Part shown: positions 1 to 12,436 of the stretch, piece after piece | Numbering within the stretch: the stretch's first letter is position 1 | Layout: each line of letters starts with the position of its first letter | Source of the DNA: Felis catus | Lineage: Eukaryota | Assembly (NCBI RefSeq): GCF_018350175.1 | Contig: NC_058368.1 | Coordinates: 189,846,001 to 189,910,000 of the forward strand | Direction of reading: 5' to 3' | DNA: 64,000 nucleotides | Made by a program: the position numbers and the translations under genes | Notes under the pieces: generated by a model | The model's database searches: none | The model's input: the letters and a program-made list of their open reading frames with translations, nothing else | Told to the model about the DNA's origin: nothing

Positions 1-109
1 AGTTTATTACTAAGTCTCATGTATATCTGGAGTTACTGTGATTAAATTGCCATTTGATAACCTTTATTGAGCAAATGTTTAATTTTTAGAGCATTTTTTT
101 ATTTTCCAG

Positions 110-314
110 CCTTTGCAAAATGTTAGCACAGTGCTGCAGAAGCCTAATCCTCTCTATAATCAGAATACAGATATGGTCCAGAAGTCAGTCAGCAAAACCC
201 TGCCCTCTACTTGGTCTGACCCCAGTGTGAACATCAGCCTAGACAACTTACTACCCGGTATGCAGCCTTCCAAACCCCAGCAGCCATCACTCAATACAAT
301 GATTCAACAGCAGA
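110..314 (+). CDS. CLINT1: CLINT1 (epsinR/enthoprotin) penultimate coding exon; alternative internal acceptor at 164
   Basis: ttttccag|CCTTTG acceptor (AG 108-109) and CAGA|gtaagt donor (315). Translates PLQNVSTVLQKPNPLYNQNTDMVQKSVSKTLPSTWSDPSVNISLDNLLPGMQPSKPQQPSLNTMIQQQ, matching the CLINT1 C-terminal region. Confidence 0.95.
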
Positions 315-789
315 GTAAGTTACCATGAGACACCTTGCTTCTTTGTGCACTTGTAATCTTTACCCTTGTGCCAAGACTAGTGTAAGCCATGAAATAAAAA
401 TACATGATATTGATTGTACTAAAGGCAACTGTGTATCGCTTAGGATTCCCCCCCCCCCCCATACTTGATTGATGTACACCCTGGCATATTCAGATTACTT
501 TGTATCCTGCTCTTGGCATGATAACATGATTGTGTATGTATTATGGTGAGTTTTGGGAGTCTGATCACTAAAATAAAAATATTTGTTGTAGAAAATGTTT
601 TAAATATAACTAAATATGACCAGAAACAAAAATCATCTCACCTCCGTAATCCAGGGATAATCGCTATTAATTCGTATTTTCTATCTTTTCTAACCATATT
701 TTTAATACTCGAAATCACTCTATGTGTATTGTTTTGTTTCTTGCAGCTGTCATTCAGCATTAAATTATCATTTTCCTGTATTTAATATT

Positions 790-1011
790 TTTTTTTAATT
801 TTTTTTTTCAACGTTTATTTATTTTTGGGACAGAGAGAGACAGAGCATGAACGGGGGAGGGGCAGAGAGAGAGGGAGACACAGAATCGGAAACAGGCTCC
901 AGGCTCCGAGCCATCAGCCCAGAGCCTGACGCGGGGCTCAAACTCACGGACCGTGAGATCGTGACCTGGCTGAAGTCGGACGCTTAACCGACTGCGCCAC
1001 CCAGGCGCCCC
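790..1011 (-). mobile_element. CanSINE (young SINEC_Fc type) in the last CLINT1 intron
   Basis: GGGGCGCCTGGGTGGCGCAGTCGG head, (CT)n, AATAAA, A tail; TSD TGTATTTAATATTTTT at 777 and 1014. Confidence 0.93.
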
Positions 1012-1547
1012 CATGTATTTAATATTTTTTAAAAAAATGATTTTTAGATATTTATAGTTATGTGTCATACCAGTGTTGAATTTCTTTATTGTTGGTTATT
1101 TCTGTTGTTCCCGGCTTTTTGCTATTGTAAATAACTCCATGATTTTATCTAAATCTTTGTGCTTGTGTTTTTCTTCCTTAGTGTAATGTTCTAAAAATAG
1201 AGTGAGTCAAAGGGTATAAACTTTTTTAAGGCTTTTGATACACAACAGCTCCTGACAACTTGTTAGGTCAGGTTGGATTCAACACTAAATTCTGTCAGAA
1301 TGATATCAAAGTGCCTCGTGTTTTCCCCCAGCCCACTCTTAACTGTTTCTGCATCTTTGGGAAACCAGAGTTAACAGCCACAGAGTATTTTTCTAGAGCA
1401 AATAGTGCAAGTTAATTGACTTACCTTGTAAAATCACCATAACAGAATTTTATTAGGAGTTACAAGTGTTGATGGTCAAGAAGATTGTTTTATTCTTCTG
1501 CTTGATGAATCTAATGTGAAGTTCTTTTGTCTCTTTTCTTCTGGTAG

Positions 1548-1894
1548 ATATGCAACAACCTATGAATGTGATGACTCAAAGTTTTGGAGCTGTGAACCTC
1601 AGTTCTCCATCAAACATACTTCCTGTCCGGCCCCAAACTAACCCTTTGATGGGGGGACCCATGCCTATGAGCATGCCTGGTGTGATGACTGGCACGATGG
1701 GAATGGCCCCTCTTGGAAATACTCCAATGATGAACCAGAGTATGATGGGCATGAGCATGAACATAGGGATGTCAACTGCTGGGATGGGCCTGACAGGCAC
1801 AATGGGAATGGGCATGCCCAACTTAGCCATGACCTCTGGAACTGTGCAACCCAAGCAAGATGCCTTTGCAAATTTCGCCAACTTTAGCAAATGA
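1548..1894 (+). CDS. CLINT1: CLINT1 last coding exon (Met-rich C-terminus)
   Basis: Polypyrimidine tract then tag|AT; the phase-1 join gives Asn. Translates MQQPMNVMTQSFGAVNLSSPS...KQDAFANFANFSK*, with TGA at 1892-1894. Confidence 0.96.
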
Positions 1895-3310
1895 GAGATT
1901 GTAAAGGAGCAGATTGAATGAAGGATTTTTAGTGGTGAAGATAGGTGATGTTGGGATGGAAAATGCTAATCAACTCCCCTTTCTTTTATCAATTAATTAA
2001 GATTTAAACCTACATAAAGAACCAAAAAAAGGCTGTTTTATAAAAGTGAAGTATCTAGTATTTCAGATGGACAGGCAAGGGCACTTCAGATGAGGCAGTC
2101 AAAATCATTTTTCCCAGTAAGAATAGACCACACATGGGGTAGTGAGACCTGGAAAGCCTTTATAAATCGAAGAGCCCATTTTAACATCATGATTTGTGGG
2201 AAGTCTGGAATAGGGCTGAATAAATGTGTTTGAATCTCTAATTTTATACTTTTCTTTTCCTGAGGAACTTGATTTTTCTGTCCCTGAATCGCCTTGTCAT
2301 AATTGGGTCTGTTCCTTTTACTACCACTCTTGAGTCCATAAATGAAATCATTAAAGTTGGATGATCAGTTTTTTATAAAAATATATATTTTTGTCCAAAA
2401 AAGGCATACATATGTGATTATGGCTAAATCAAAGGTAACTGGAATGTATATACTTTTGCTAATGTTCCAGCAACACTGCTATTACTATTATACTATCCAA
2501 ATTTTTATTGTAACGAAACCTCTTTAAGCGATTGGTAATAGCTGTGGGACTTTTCCCATGTCTTCTGCTATAATTATCCTTTGCAGAACTAGGAAAAATA
2601 TTTTTTTCAGGACTGCTCTATGGTTTCCTTTAAAAGAGAAAAAAAAAAAAAAAACCCTCCAGAGTTTTTGTTTGTTTTTAGCAGTCATTATTTACAATTT
2701 GCAGTGGTTAACTTGGCGAGGCTTCCTTCCGTGTTTATCCCTGTAGCCACCATTTATCAGTCAGGAACAGTCAAAAGAGAAAAATATTTATTTTTATTTT
2801 TTTTGGTGTCTTTTCAAAAAATTGAAAAGGTAAAAATTCTTAAAACCTTAAGTTAAATATAAATGTTAGAATTCCACGATGTTGGCTTTTAGATTTTATA
2901 CAATATTTGTTTTGTTTTGGATTTGAGTGTATATAATATGGCATTAGCAATATGGTTCCAATAGAGAGGAGTTAAATATATATTATTAAAGGAGACCTGT
3001 AGCAGTCAAAGATTTTATTGATTTAATGGCAAATAAAGGAAATTAATTAAAGTGTTTTTGTTTTCCTGCTGTAATTCTGCGTTAAGCTCACATGAAAATC
3101 ATGATTCTAGAGTTTGGAATGCAAAATTAATTGTTTTCACCCTCAAGCTGGGAATATTTTTAAAAATAAATACTATAATATAGGTATCAAATTATTACCT
3201 CCCCACTTTGTGTTGAAATTTTTTTTATTGATAAAACTTTGTTTCCATTGTATTCATAATGTTCTGTTCTACATAACATTAAAATGTTCATTAAAATCAA
3301 TGTTGAACTG
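1895..3310 (+). other. CLINT1: CLINT1 3'UTR (3' end approximate)
   Basis: AT-rich, SINE-free stretch after the stop. AATAAA at 3032 and 3165; tandem ATTAAA at 3278 and 3290 followed by a T-rich element. Confidence 0.7.
3278..3295 (+). terminator. Candidate CLINT1 polyadenylation signals (2x ATTAAA)
   Basis: ATTAAAATGTTCATTAAA followed by TGTTGAACTGCTTTTTCTTT. Confidence 0.5.
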
Positions 3311-5736
3311 CTTTTTCTTTCATTCTGTTAGACATTTGAGACCGTTTGGGGAAAAAATAATTATAATTTGGGCAAAGTAATTTTTATAAATAATTTAAAA
3401 TTATTTAATGACTTCTCTCTTCTTTCCTCTCAGACTCTACTGTTAGGAATTAAAAATGAAGCAGCAAAGATATCCTGACCCGCTCCATTCTTGCTAATGT
3501 TCCATCTACAACATTTCTAATTAGGCAGAAATTCATGTACTTCAGCTAAGTGGTAATGAAAAGTGATTCATTTGCTGAATAAGAGATGAGAGAGAGTGTA
3601 ATTAGCTGACTGTGGTTTTTAATCTTTCAACAATTCAATGTGTTTAAATTGGTTTCAAAGAATAGGAGCTTTCAAGTGTAGTTAGTTCAGAGCAGTCAAG
3701 CCAGGCTCTGGTGGCAGCACGGAGGAGATCTTCACTCATACTTAAAACCCGTAATCTTCAGTGAATGTTCTCATTAAACAGAGAGGTGTAGCATCACCTT
3801 TTTAGATACATACGATTCTTGGAGCAAATAAATACTGTTTCCAAACTTTTGTGTTTAAAGATCCTTTTCTAATAAAATAAGATTTATCTCTAAAGCATTT
3901 CCTGTACTATGCCTCCTTCCTATATCTCCGAAGACCAAAGGGAGCCTGTCACACGTATTACTGCACCTCAACATACAGTTTGCTGTCTTACCAGTGTGTT
4001 TTGTTTCAGAGCCCATGAAAGAATTGCCTTGCTAACGGTCCATCCAGTTTAACAATTTGTTACTGAAGGGGTCACTAAATGATACTTCAAAGAAAAGTCT
4101 GAATACCCCCAAGTAACTTGGACTTGACAAGAAACTACTCTTCTTTAGTCTGTTGGACTCCCTCTGCCTGTCCTATACCCCTTTACCTTTTTGAGCTTCC
4201 GCTTAATGTATTTTTTTTGCTGGAGAGGAGGAGGTAGGAACTGTTCACAAAATTTACAAGTGAATCTCCACCGCCAACCCGGATTTCATCTTTTTCCTGT
4301 TTGAAAATTTTTTTCTACCTCTAATACAGTCTTCAGGAACCACACATGGACAGCGTGCTTGTATGGTACTTGGGATGTTTCCTCTGGTGTCTATAACAAA
4401 TTGCCTGAATGATAACCATAATGCTGCTGGTTGTGGGGTCGTCAATAAGTTGGGGTCTAGAGTTCTATTTGGAGGGAAGGGGTAATGCTTTTTCTCTCAA
4501 ATATTTTTGAAGCACGTTAGTAAAATGAAGCTAACTGTCCTAAGCACAGAGCACACCTTACGGTAAATAGATTTCTGAAATGAACTGGCTTTGAACTCTC
4601 CCGGGAGGCAGCATAGCTTGTGGAAAGCATGGACTTGGAAGCAGATCTAATCCCATTTCAACCATGCACTACCTGTGTGACACCTTGATCAACCTGCCTG
4701 ACTTCTCTGGGCCCTGATACATTTTTTCTGAAATGAACTTAAATCTGGAAGCATTAGATAAATAACGAGTGAGATCTACCGGCACTGACACAAGTACACT
4801 AAATATTTCTCTGCCACCCATTTTTATTTCATGTAAATGTGCCTACATGACGAGACCTTCTATGTGCCAGTCACTGCTAGACGCTTGGCATGCATGCCAT
4901 TTACACAACAAACCCAAAAGTTCATCTTCTGGTGTATTCCTAAAAGCAGTGTGTAGTTAAGAAAGCCTTAGAGACTTCTGCTAAGTTGTTTTCTGAGGAT
5001 TTTTCTGCCTGAGTTTAGTTCCACTTTGTTCTTAGACAAGGAGATTGTAAGTGAGCTATTTTGTGAATGTATTGACTGACTTCTTACCACATTAGTGCAG
5101 ATGGGAGGGAGAGAACTGTGAAAGTGAGCGCTTGGTATCGGATTTGCCGCACAAATAACCCTCATTAGAATGTTCTCAGCTTTTAGAAGCAGTAGAAGAT
5201 CTCAATTTTTCTATTGACTTCTTGCAGTTTTGTTGACTAAGATCTTGCTATTCTTATATCCAGAGAAACAATCAGATATAAAGACTAAAAAAAAAAAAAA
5301 AAAAAAATCTATCCATGAAGGTTTTTTTTAACTCTTACTCATTATGCCCTTAATTCTTGCGTGCCTTCTTAATAACAGCAGCCTTGCTAATAATGCGTTG
5401 TTCCTTGCAGACGTCATGAGTATCTCCTGGCGCCCCTTCACACTGCCCTTGCTCACCCCAATGGGTAAATCAGCGTGCAGCCAATTCAGATGGTTAGCTT
5501 CCCAGGGATTTGGGAGGGATTTGAAAGTCCTGATGGGCAAACATGGGTTTTGTTTGTTATTCTTTAAAGTAAATGTCATTACTTTAAATAACTGCTTCCT
5601 GGGCTGTCAAGCCCTGCGTTTCTTTTCCATTTAAGTTTTCTTAACTATACATCTTGCAGCTGTGTTCTTTAAGTAAGTGCCCCAGGCACACTCTGCCATT
5701 TCATGGTGAGAAAAGAGTGCTTGGAGTTGTGTATGG

Positions 5737-6160
5737 AACAGTTTGGTCTCAGCACCCCCTTTACACCCTAAAGATGATTGAGAACCCCAAAGAGCTTGTG
5801 TTTATGTGGGTCATATCTGTTGATATATGCTGTACTTGAAATAAAAACTGAGCAACTTAAAAAATATTAATAGATTTTATAGTAAACCCCATTACCTGTC
5901 AAAATACAATTTTATAAAAAAAATTCAAAATCAAAATTTGTGAGAAGAGTGGCAGTGTTTTTACATTTTTGAAAATCTCTTTATTACCTAGCTTATTGCT
6001 GGATTCTCTTATGCGCTTCTGCATTCAGTCCACTGTGCAGTGTTGTTTTGGTGGAAGTACATGAAAAAGGTCTGGCCTCAGGGATACCAGGTTGGAAAGG
6101 GTGGGAACCCGCAGATACTCCGGACAGGTCTCAGGGCTCCCCAGTGGTCCACAGGCCACA
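5737..6160 (+). mobile_element. hAT-Charlie (Charlie1-like) DNA transposon fragment
   Basis: TTTGGTCTCAGCACCCCTTTACAC...GAACCCCAAAGAGCTT...TTTATGTGGG resembles the Charlie1 end from memory. Confidence 0.6.
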
Positions 6161-6169
6161 TGGCTATAA

Positions 6170-6391
6170 TATTTTATTTTTTTTACTTATTAAAAAAATG
6201 TTTTTAATGTTTATTTTTGAGAGTGAGAGTGCAAGCGGAGGAGGGGCAGAGAGAGATGGAGACAGAATCCAAAACAGGTTTCCAGGCTGTGAGCTGCCAG
6301 CCCAGAGCTCAACGCAGGGTCCAATGCACACACGAGCTGTGAGATCATGACCTGAGCTGAAGTCAGACTGACTGAGCCACCCAAGAGCCCC
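6170..6391 (-). mobile_element. CanSINE
   Basis: Reverse-complement CanSINE body; degenerate TSD CTATA(A/G)TATT. Confidence 0.85.
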
Positions 6392-7607
6392 TCCCCACTA
6401 TAGTATTGAGAACAAATAAGATTACTTCATGGTAACTCTGTTTGATTTATTCTGTTTATAAGGTGATCTGCTTGAGGTACAAAGCATTTAGTTTTGCCTT
6501 TCACTCAGTCACCAGCAAAATGACTGCCACATGAAATTACTCTCTGGATACCCAATACTAGAAGTTTGTGGCATCATGTTTGCTCAGTTTTCGAGATTAT
6601 TTTCTGATACCTAGTGCATATTTCCTAGCTTCTATAATATGAAGAAGTAAGTTTCTTATCCATTTTGATTTTTTAAAAGAACTTACACTGAGCGACTGGG
6701 TGCTGAGTGATGAGTTGTGAACCTTTCAAACGTCTCTTTCTGTCCCTTGAGAAGAGAGAGCAAAATGGCTCAAACCTGAAGACCTATGACTTGTTTGCAA
6801 GGCAGCCTGGCAGCTTCGTATACTGTGTTCTCTACCAAATATCTCAAGGAAGCATGTGGCTATAGAGATAGTGCATGCACATTCACAGTATTCCTTATGA
6901 ACCTAGATGAATTTTGATCCCTGAAATTGGAGGAATCTGGCAAGGTTTCCATCCATTCACGGAATGGCAGGAGCAAGTTCTGGGCTGGGCACCTTCACCC
7001 GATGTACATCAACTCCCCTCATTCTCACAACCTATGGAACAATGACCTCCCTCTGGTAGATATGGAACAGGTTCATCCGAAACTGGTCGAAAGTAGCTTT
7101 AAAAAGATTGTTATGCAGGGTCCCCAAAATGGAGACTGTCAATTTTCAGTAACTGATCAGCAAGGTCAGACTTCAGTTAGTAAGTCTGTCAGAGTTTTTG
7201 CCATGGAAAGAGGAAGGAAATTCTAAGCAGGACTCCCTCTCACCCCAGAAGAGCTTCATTTTGGAAATTGGTGTGTAATGGGCACAGAATCAGCTTCTGT
7301 TAGTGAAGTGTTGAAGAGGTGATGTTTTGTGTCTGGTGTCTTATACCCCTTTTATTAAACCCTATTTTCTAAAAGGCAGCCCAAACATTAGGTAGTAGAC
7401 TGGGCCCCAGCATTCCTATTTTTCATGATATTTTCACTTCTCGATTATCAACAATTAAATCAAGAGGAACAATACCAAAACAGTCATCATAAAAATGCAG
7501 AAAGTCCAAACCCTCGTAGCTAGGAATCTATGGAAGTGTGTGCATGTTTAAGTGTTCTGAAAGAGATAGTTAAGTGGCTGTTATGCCAAAAATAGAAGGA
7601 GAGAAGA

Positions 7608-7803
7608 GTCTGGGTGGCTCAGTTAAGTGTCCAACTCTGGATTTCAGCTCAGGTCATGATCTCACCGTTCATGATCGGGCCCCACATCAGGCTCCAGGCT
7701 GGCAGTGTGGAGCCTGCTTGGATTCTCTTTCTCTCACCCTCTTTCTGTCCCTCCCCAGCGACCTCTCTCTCTCAAAGCAAATAAATAAACTTAAAAAAAA
7801 AAA
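7608..7803 (+). mobile_element. CanSINE (diverged)
   Basis: CTGGGTGGCTCAGTTAAG...CTCAGGTCATGATCTCAC...(CT)n AATAAA tail. Confidence 0.85.
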
Positions 7804-9277
7804 TACGGGAGGCCTAATGTAGGTAGGGTAACTCAGGAAGGCCTCTCTGAGAAGGGAGCTTTTATATAGAGATCAGAAGAACGATGAAGCCCACATGGAA
7901 AACCTCCACGTGGAAAAAGAACCATCAGAAGCTTAGTGGGTGTGGCTGGAGCTCAATGAAACAGGAAAGCTGAGGAGATCGGCAAGGACATGGTAATCGT
8001 TGAGGTTTAGAAGGCTGAGGTACGTAATTACTCCACTCTCCTCGAAAGTTCCTCAGGGGATTATGACCACCAAGGATGGTGTATTCTGAAGGTCCCATGT
8101 GCTTTCACTGCCATTGTTTTCACAGAGCTCACTTGGAAAAACTTGCCGTGGGCTATAAAACACTTGAGTGGAAAATTGTGTGGCAATGTTTACTGTCGAA
8201 CTTGAAATATATCAATTGTTGACACATATGTGAAAGATACAAAGGGGCCATTTATAAATACAAACCGAATACTTCAAGAAGTAACAACACGCATTTGCCT
8301 ATTATAGTTTACAGAGTGGATTCACACTCATTTCCTCCCTGATGTTCACAATTACCCTAAGCTGAGAAGGTAAGACAGTTATTAGCCCCTTGTTGTAGAT
8401 GAGGAAACCAGCTCCCAGAAGGCCAAGTATAGTTAGTGAAACCATGTCTCCTAGCACAGATCCTCAGAATCCAAATCCAGTTTTATTCCACTATCCCTCA
8501 TTTTTCCTCTATAATATTTCAGACCTCTTAAAGATTGTACATGCCATTCAGAAAAATTATCAGGTTTTTCTTGCATATCCCTGATCTCTGACCATGTGGT
8601 CCCAGGTGTCTTGTCACGCTCTACACAGAGTAGCCAGTAGATACTTGTTAAATGATACTTTTTTTTTAAAGTAAGCACTGAATGTTTATGAAATCTTGTT
8701 GCATTTTCTAAAGGTCGCCAGCAGGAGATGAGCCACAGAGCAAATAAAAACTGATCTCTTCTGAAGAGTGAATCTTTTGTTTGTTTTGTAGAAATGGTGA
8801 TGTAACTTAGCGTAAGACATTAGCCACATCGGAAGCAGAAAATTCCAGCAGGTTTGGAGTATAATGCAAAGGCTCCTCAAGCGCTCAGAAGATATGTTAA
8901 GAGCAAGCTGCCGGAAAGGTGGATGGCCTTGGATTGCTTGTTTAAGGAATCCATTTCAAAAGTGCACAGCAATGCCTTTTAAAGATTGTGTGTTCTTTGC
9001 AATTTTTTATTTGCTCCTGTGATTCTTGCGTTTGAGAAATAGAATTGAGATGCCCAGCTATCAAATGAAAGTACAAATGGAATTTCTAGATTTAAGGTGT
9101 TCTTAAGGGAATATTTGAATTGACATCTTTAGAATAAGGTTTTTATTTATTTACTTTTTTATATTTCTCAAGTTTATTTTTTTTAGGTTTCATTTTTTAA
9201 AGGGCAGTTAGAAATATGTGGCAACTTGAAAACTTGTTTGCCAATAGTTGAATTATTTTTGATATGGAAAAAATACT

Positions 9278-9489
9278 TTTTTTTTTCAGTGTTTATTTGT
9301 TTTTGAGAGAGAGATAGCATGAGTGGGAGAGGGGCAGAGAGAGAGGGAGACGCAGAATCTGAAGCAGGCTCCAGGCTCCGAGCTGTCAGCACAGAGCCCA
9401 ATGCAGGCCTCAAACTCATGAACCGGGAGATCATGACCTGAGCTGAAGCCAGATGCTTAACCGACTGAGCCAACCCCGATGCTACCCCC
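9278..9489 (-). mobile_element. CanSINE
   Basis: Reverse-complement body; AAAATACT on both flanks. Confidence 0.88.
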
Positions 9490-10847
9490 AAAATACTAAC
9501 TTTAATGAAAAGTATCAAATGAAGTTTGAGACATAAGTTACACTAAGCTGAGATGGTTGAGTGGTTGAAAAAACATTTTTCAAGTTATCTTTCATAGGAA
9601 AGTGATAAAATTAAATAAAAGAAAATCAAAGTGCCCTGAATTTCAATGAACATACTGGCTTTATCAGTGCTGTCTTTTGGACCTAATTCCCGTGATGAAC
9701 CAAAGAAAGGATACTGTAGCTGAAAATTTTTCAGTTTTTAAGAACTCTTCACATACTTTTAATTCCTCCAACAGAGAAGCGTGTGTGTGTATGTCTCCAC
9801 ACACACGCTATCTCTCTATATAAATATATAATAAAGGTTGGCTCTTAAATACTCTCTTCACCAAATTCTTTAGATGTCCCAAGAGTTCTCAGATTTGAAT
9901 GATAAAAGGGGTGCCATAAGGTACCGCTTTAGTAATTAACTGGTTCTTTAATAAGGCCTCAATTACTTTGTTTCATGATAAGGAAAAAAAAACGTTCCAA
10001 GACAGAGTTACATTCGACATCTGGGAACCTCCTAACAGCTGGCTACCTAATGAATATGCATCTGCTTAAGAGGCTGTAGACCATTAATAAACCAATAGAT
10101 GTAAAGCAGAAACAATCTTTGTCAGCTTCAAATGAGATTGGATGCAATGTGCTGTGAACTGTCACTGTCACATTGAATCGAGTTTGGGAGGTTAACAATC
10201 AACTGTTAGCTGCTTGTGTCTTTGTAGCTCTACACTTGGGCTAACACTCTTCCCAAACTGGTGGCCACGTTTCTGATGTACAACTTTTTGCTCCTGATTG
10301 CCTGGTTTGAGGCTGACAACCTCTGTGTTTCAAAAATCCCTTCCGTTTTGTTCAACTAAACCACACATTTGCCAAGACACTTTAAAACAAAGGCGTCACC
10401 TCCAGGTAAGAAAGGCAGTTAATATCAGGATCAAAGTGATGCAAGACGGGCTTCCAGTGAATTGGAAAATGTTTACAACAAAACTTCTATGTATCTGTAG
10501 GTAAATTGGGAGTTGTTGGGTCCTCCTGAGGGAACCCCTCACCCCAGTGCAGGCGACAGTTCAGGCCTTGATAACTGGTCTCAATGAGACCCTAAAGTAA
10601 GTGGTACACCAACCTAACAGTTGTGTGATTAGGACCACACTTGCCCAGTTTAGTGGCTGAGATTTCTTGAGGGACATATTCATAGAAGTCTTGATTGAAG
10701 TTATTATCCAGGTGAAGGAGAGATTATACCTAGAAGAGCATTTTCACAGCCAAACATACTCATCACTCTATTCTCATCAAAGTGCTCACGTATATGTTTT
10801 GGGGTAATATTAATAATGGGCAAGGAGAAAGGCTGGCAGTTTAATTC

Positions 10848-11274
10848 TTTTTTTAAATTGCTTCAATGTTATTTTTGAGAGACAGAGTTCAAGTGGGGGA
10901 GGCGCAGAGAGAGAGAGAGAGGGAGACACAGAATCCGAAGCAGGTTCCTGGCCCTGAGCTGTCAGCACAGAGCCTGCCACAGAGCTCAAACTCACAAACC
11001 ACGAGATCGTGCCCTGAGCTGAAGTCAGACACCTAACCGACTAAGCCACCCAGGTGCCCCAAAATTTTTATTTTTTTTTTTAACTTTTTATTTCTTTTGA
11101 AGAGAGAGAGAGAAAGAAAACCAGATGGAAAGGCCGAGAGAGAGGGGGACAGCAGATCCGAAGCAGGCTCTGTACTAATAGCAGGAGCCCGAAACAGAGC
11201 TCGAGCTCATAAACCGTGGATCATGACCTAAACTGAAGTCAGACCCTCAACTGACTGAGCCACCCAGGCACCCC
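10848..11274 (-). mobile_element. Two tandem CanSINEs (about 10848-11060 and 11061-11274)
   Basis: Two full bodies inside one degenerate TSD, TGG(C/A)AG(T/C)TTAATTCTT, at 10834 and 11275. Confidence 0.88.
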
Positions 11275-11324
11275 TGGAAGCTTAATTCTTATAAATTCAA
11301 CTACCTTTTCTATTTTATATCATC

Positions 11325-11960
11325 TCTTTAAATTGTGGTAAAATATACAGATTTTATTTTATGTGTATAATATAAATTTATGTGCATAAGTGTGGTAGAA
11401 TAAAAAATTTACCATTTTAAACATTTTAAGTGTATTTTTCAGTGGTATAATGTAAATCACATTTTTGTGCAGCCATTATCACTATCCATCTCTAGAACTT
11501 TCCATCATCCCTACCTGAAACCCTGTACCCATGAAACACTAACCGTCCCCCCATTCCCCACTCCCCTCAGCCCCTGGCAGCAACCATTTTACTATGAGTT
11601 TGATTACTCTAGATACCTCACAAAGTGCCATGATACAGTATTTTTCCTTTGTGTCTGGCTTATTCCAGTTAGTACGTCTCATGGTTCGTCTATGTCATAG
11701 AATATGTCAGAATTTCATTCCTTTTAAGGCTGAAAAATATTCCCTTGTATATACAACACCACATTTGGTTTATCCGTCCATCTGTTGGACACTTACACTG
11801 TTTCCACCTTTTGGTCATTATAAATAATGCTGCTATAAACACGACTGCACAAATATCTATTCAAATCCCTGCTTTCAAGTCTTTGGGGCATATATCTGGA
11901 AGTGGAATAGCTGGCTCATGTGGTGATTCTATGTTTAATTTTTGAGGAAGTGCCATTTGG
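11325..11960 (-). mobile_element. Old L1 (L1M-type) 3' fragment
   Basis: TAAATTGTGGTAAAATATAC...GTGGAATAGCTGGCTCATGTGGTGATTCTATGTTTAATTTTTGAGGAA, a typical reverse-complement L1 3' end. Confidence 0.8.
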
Positions 11961-12238
11961 CTCATTTTGGATTTCTGCTTTTTTCCTTGACACAAGGCCT
12001 TTGATCAGATTCCATTTTCTCCCCCTTGGCCCTTTTGAAGAAAAAAAAAAAAACAATACGACCTTGAAGTTTATTCTTTTTTATTATTTTGTTTTCTAAT
12101 TTCAAGCCTGGAAAATATACAAAAATGCACACCATGGGAATAAGTTTTTTTAAAAAGGTGAGGGGGTGAATTAAGCCCCACCCATTCCCTATAACATCAC
12201 AAATGTGATGTTCTATCAAAAGCTGAGAATTATGGTTG

Positions 12239-12436
12239 TTTTTTTTTTTTTTTAGGTTTACTTATTTATTTATCTTGAGAGAGGCAGAGAGAGAGAGGGA
12301 GAGAGAGAATCCCAAGCAGGCTCTGGGCTGTCAGCACAGAGTCCAACACGGGGCTTGATCCCACGAACTGTGAGATCATGACCTGAGCCAAGATCAACAG
12401 TTGAACACTCAACCTAACGAGCCACCCAGGCACCCC
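12239..12436 (-). mobile_element. CanSINE
   Basis: Reverse-complement body with T tail. Confidence 0.88.

Noticed and set aside
790..1011. tRNA-like A/B boxes here and in other SINE heads
   Set aside because: tRNA-derived CanSINE heads, not tRNA genes
1576..1890. Antisense ORFs over the last CLINT1 exon
   Set aside because: Shadow frames of the Met-rich coding exon
8714..8733. CGCCAGCAGGAGATG as a CTCF site
   Set aside because: Three mismatches in the GGC core
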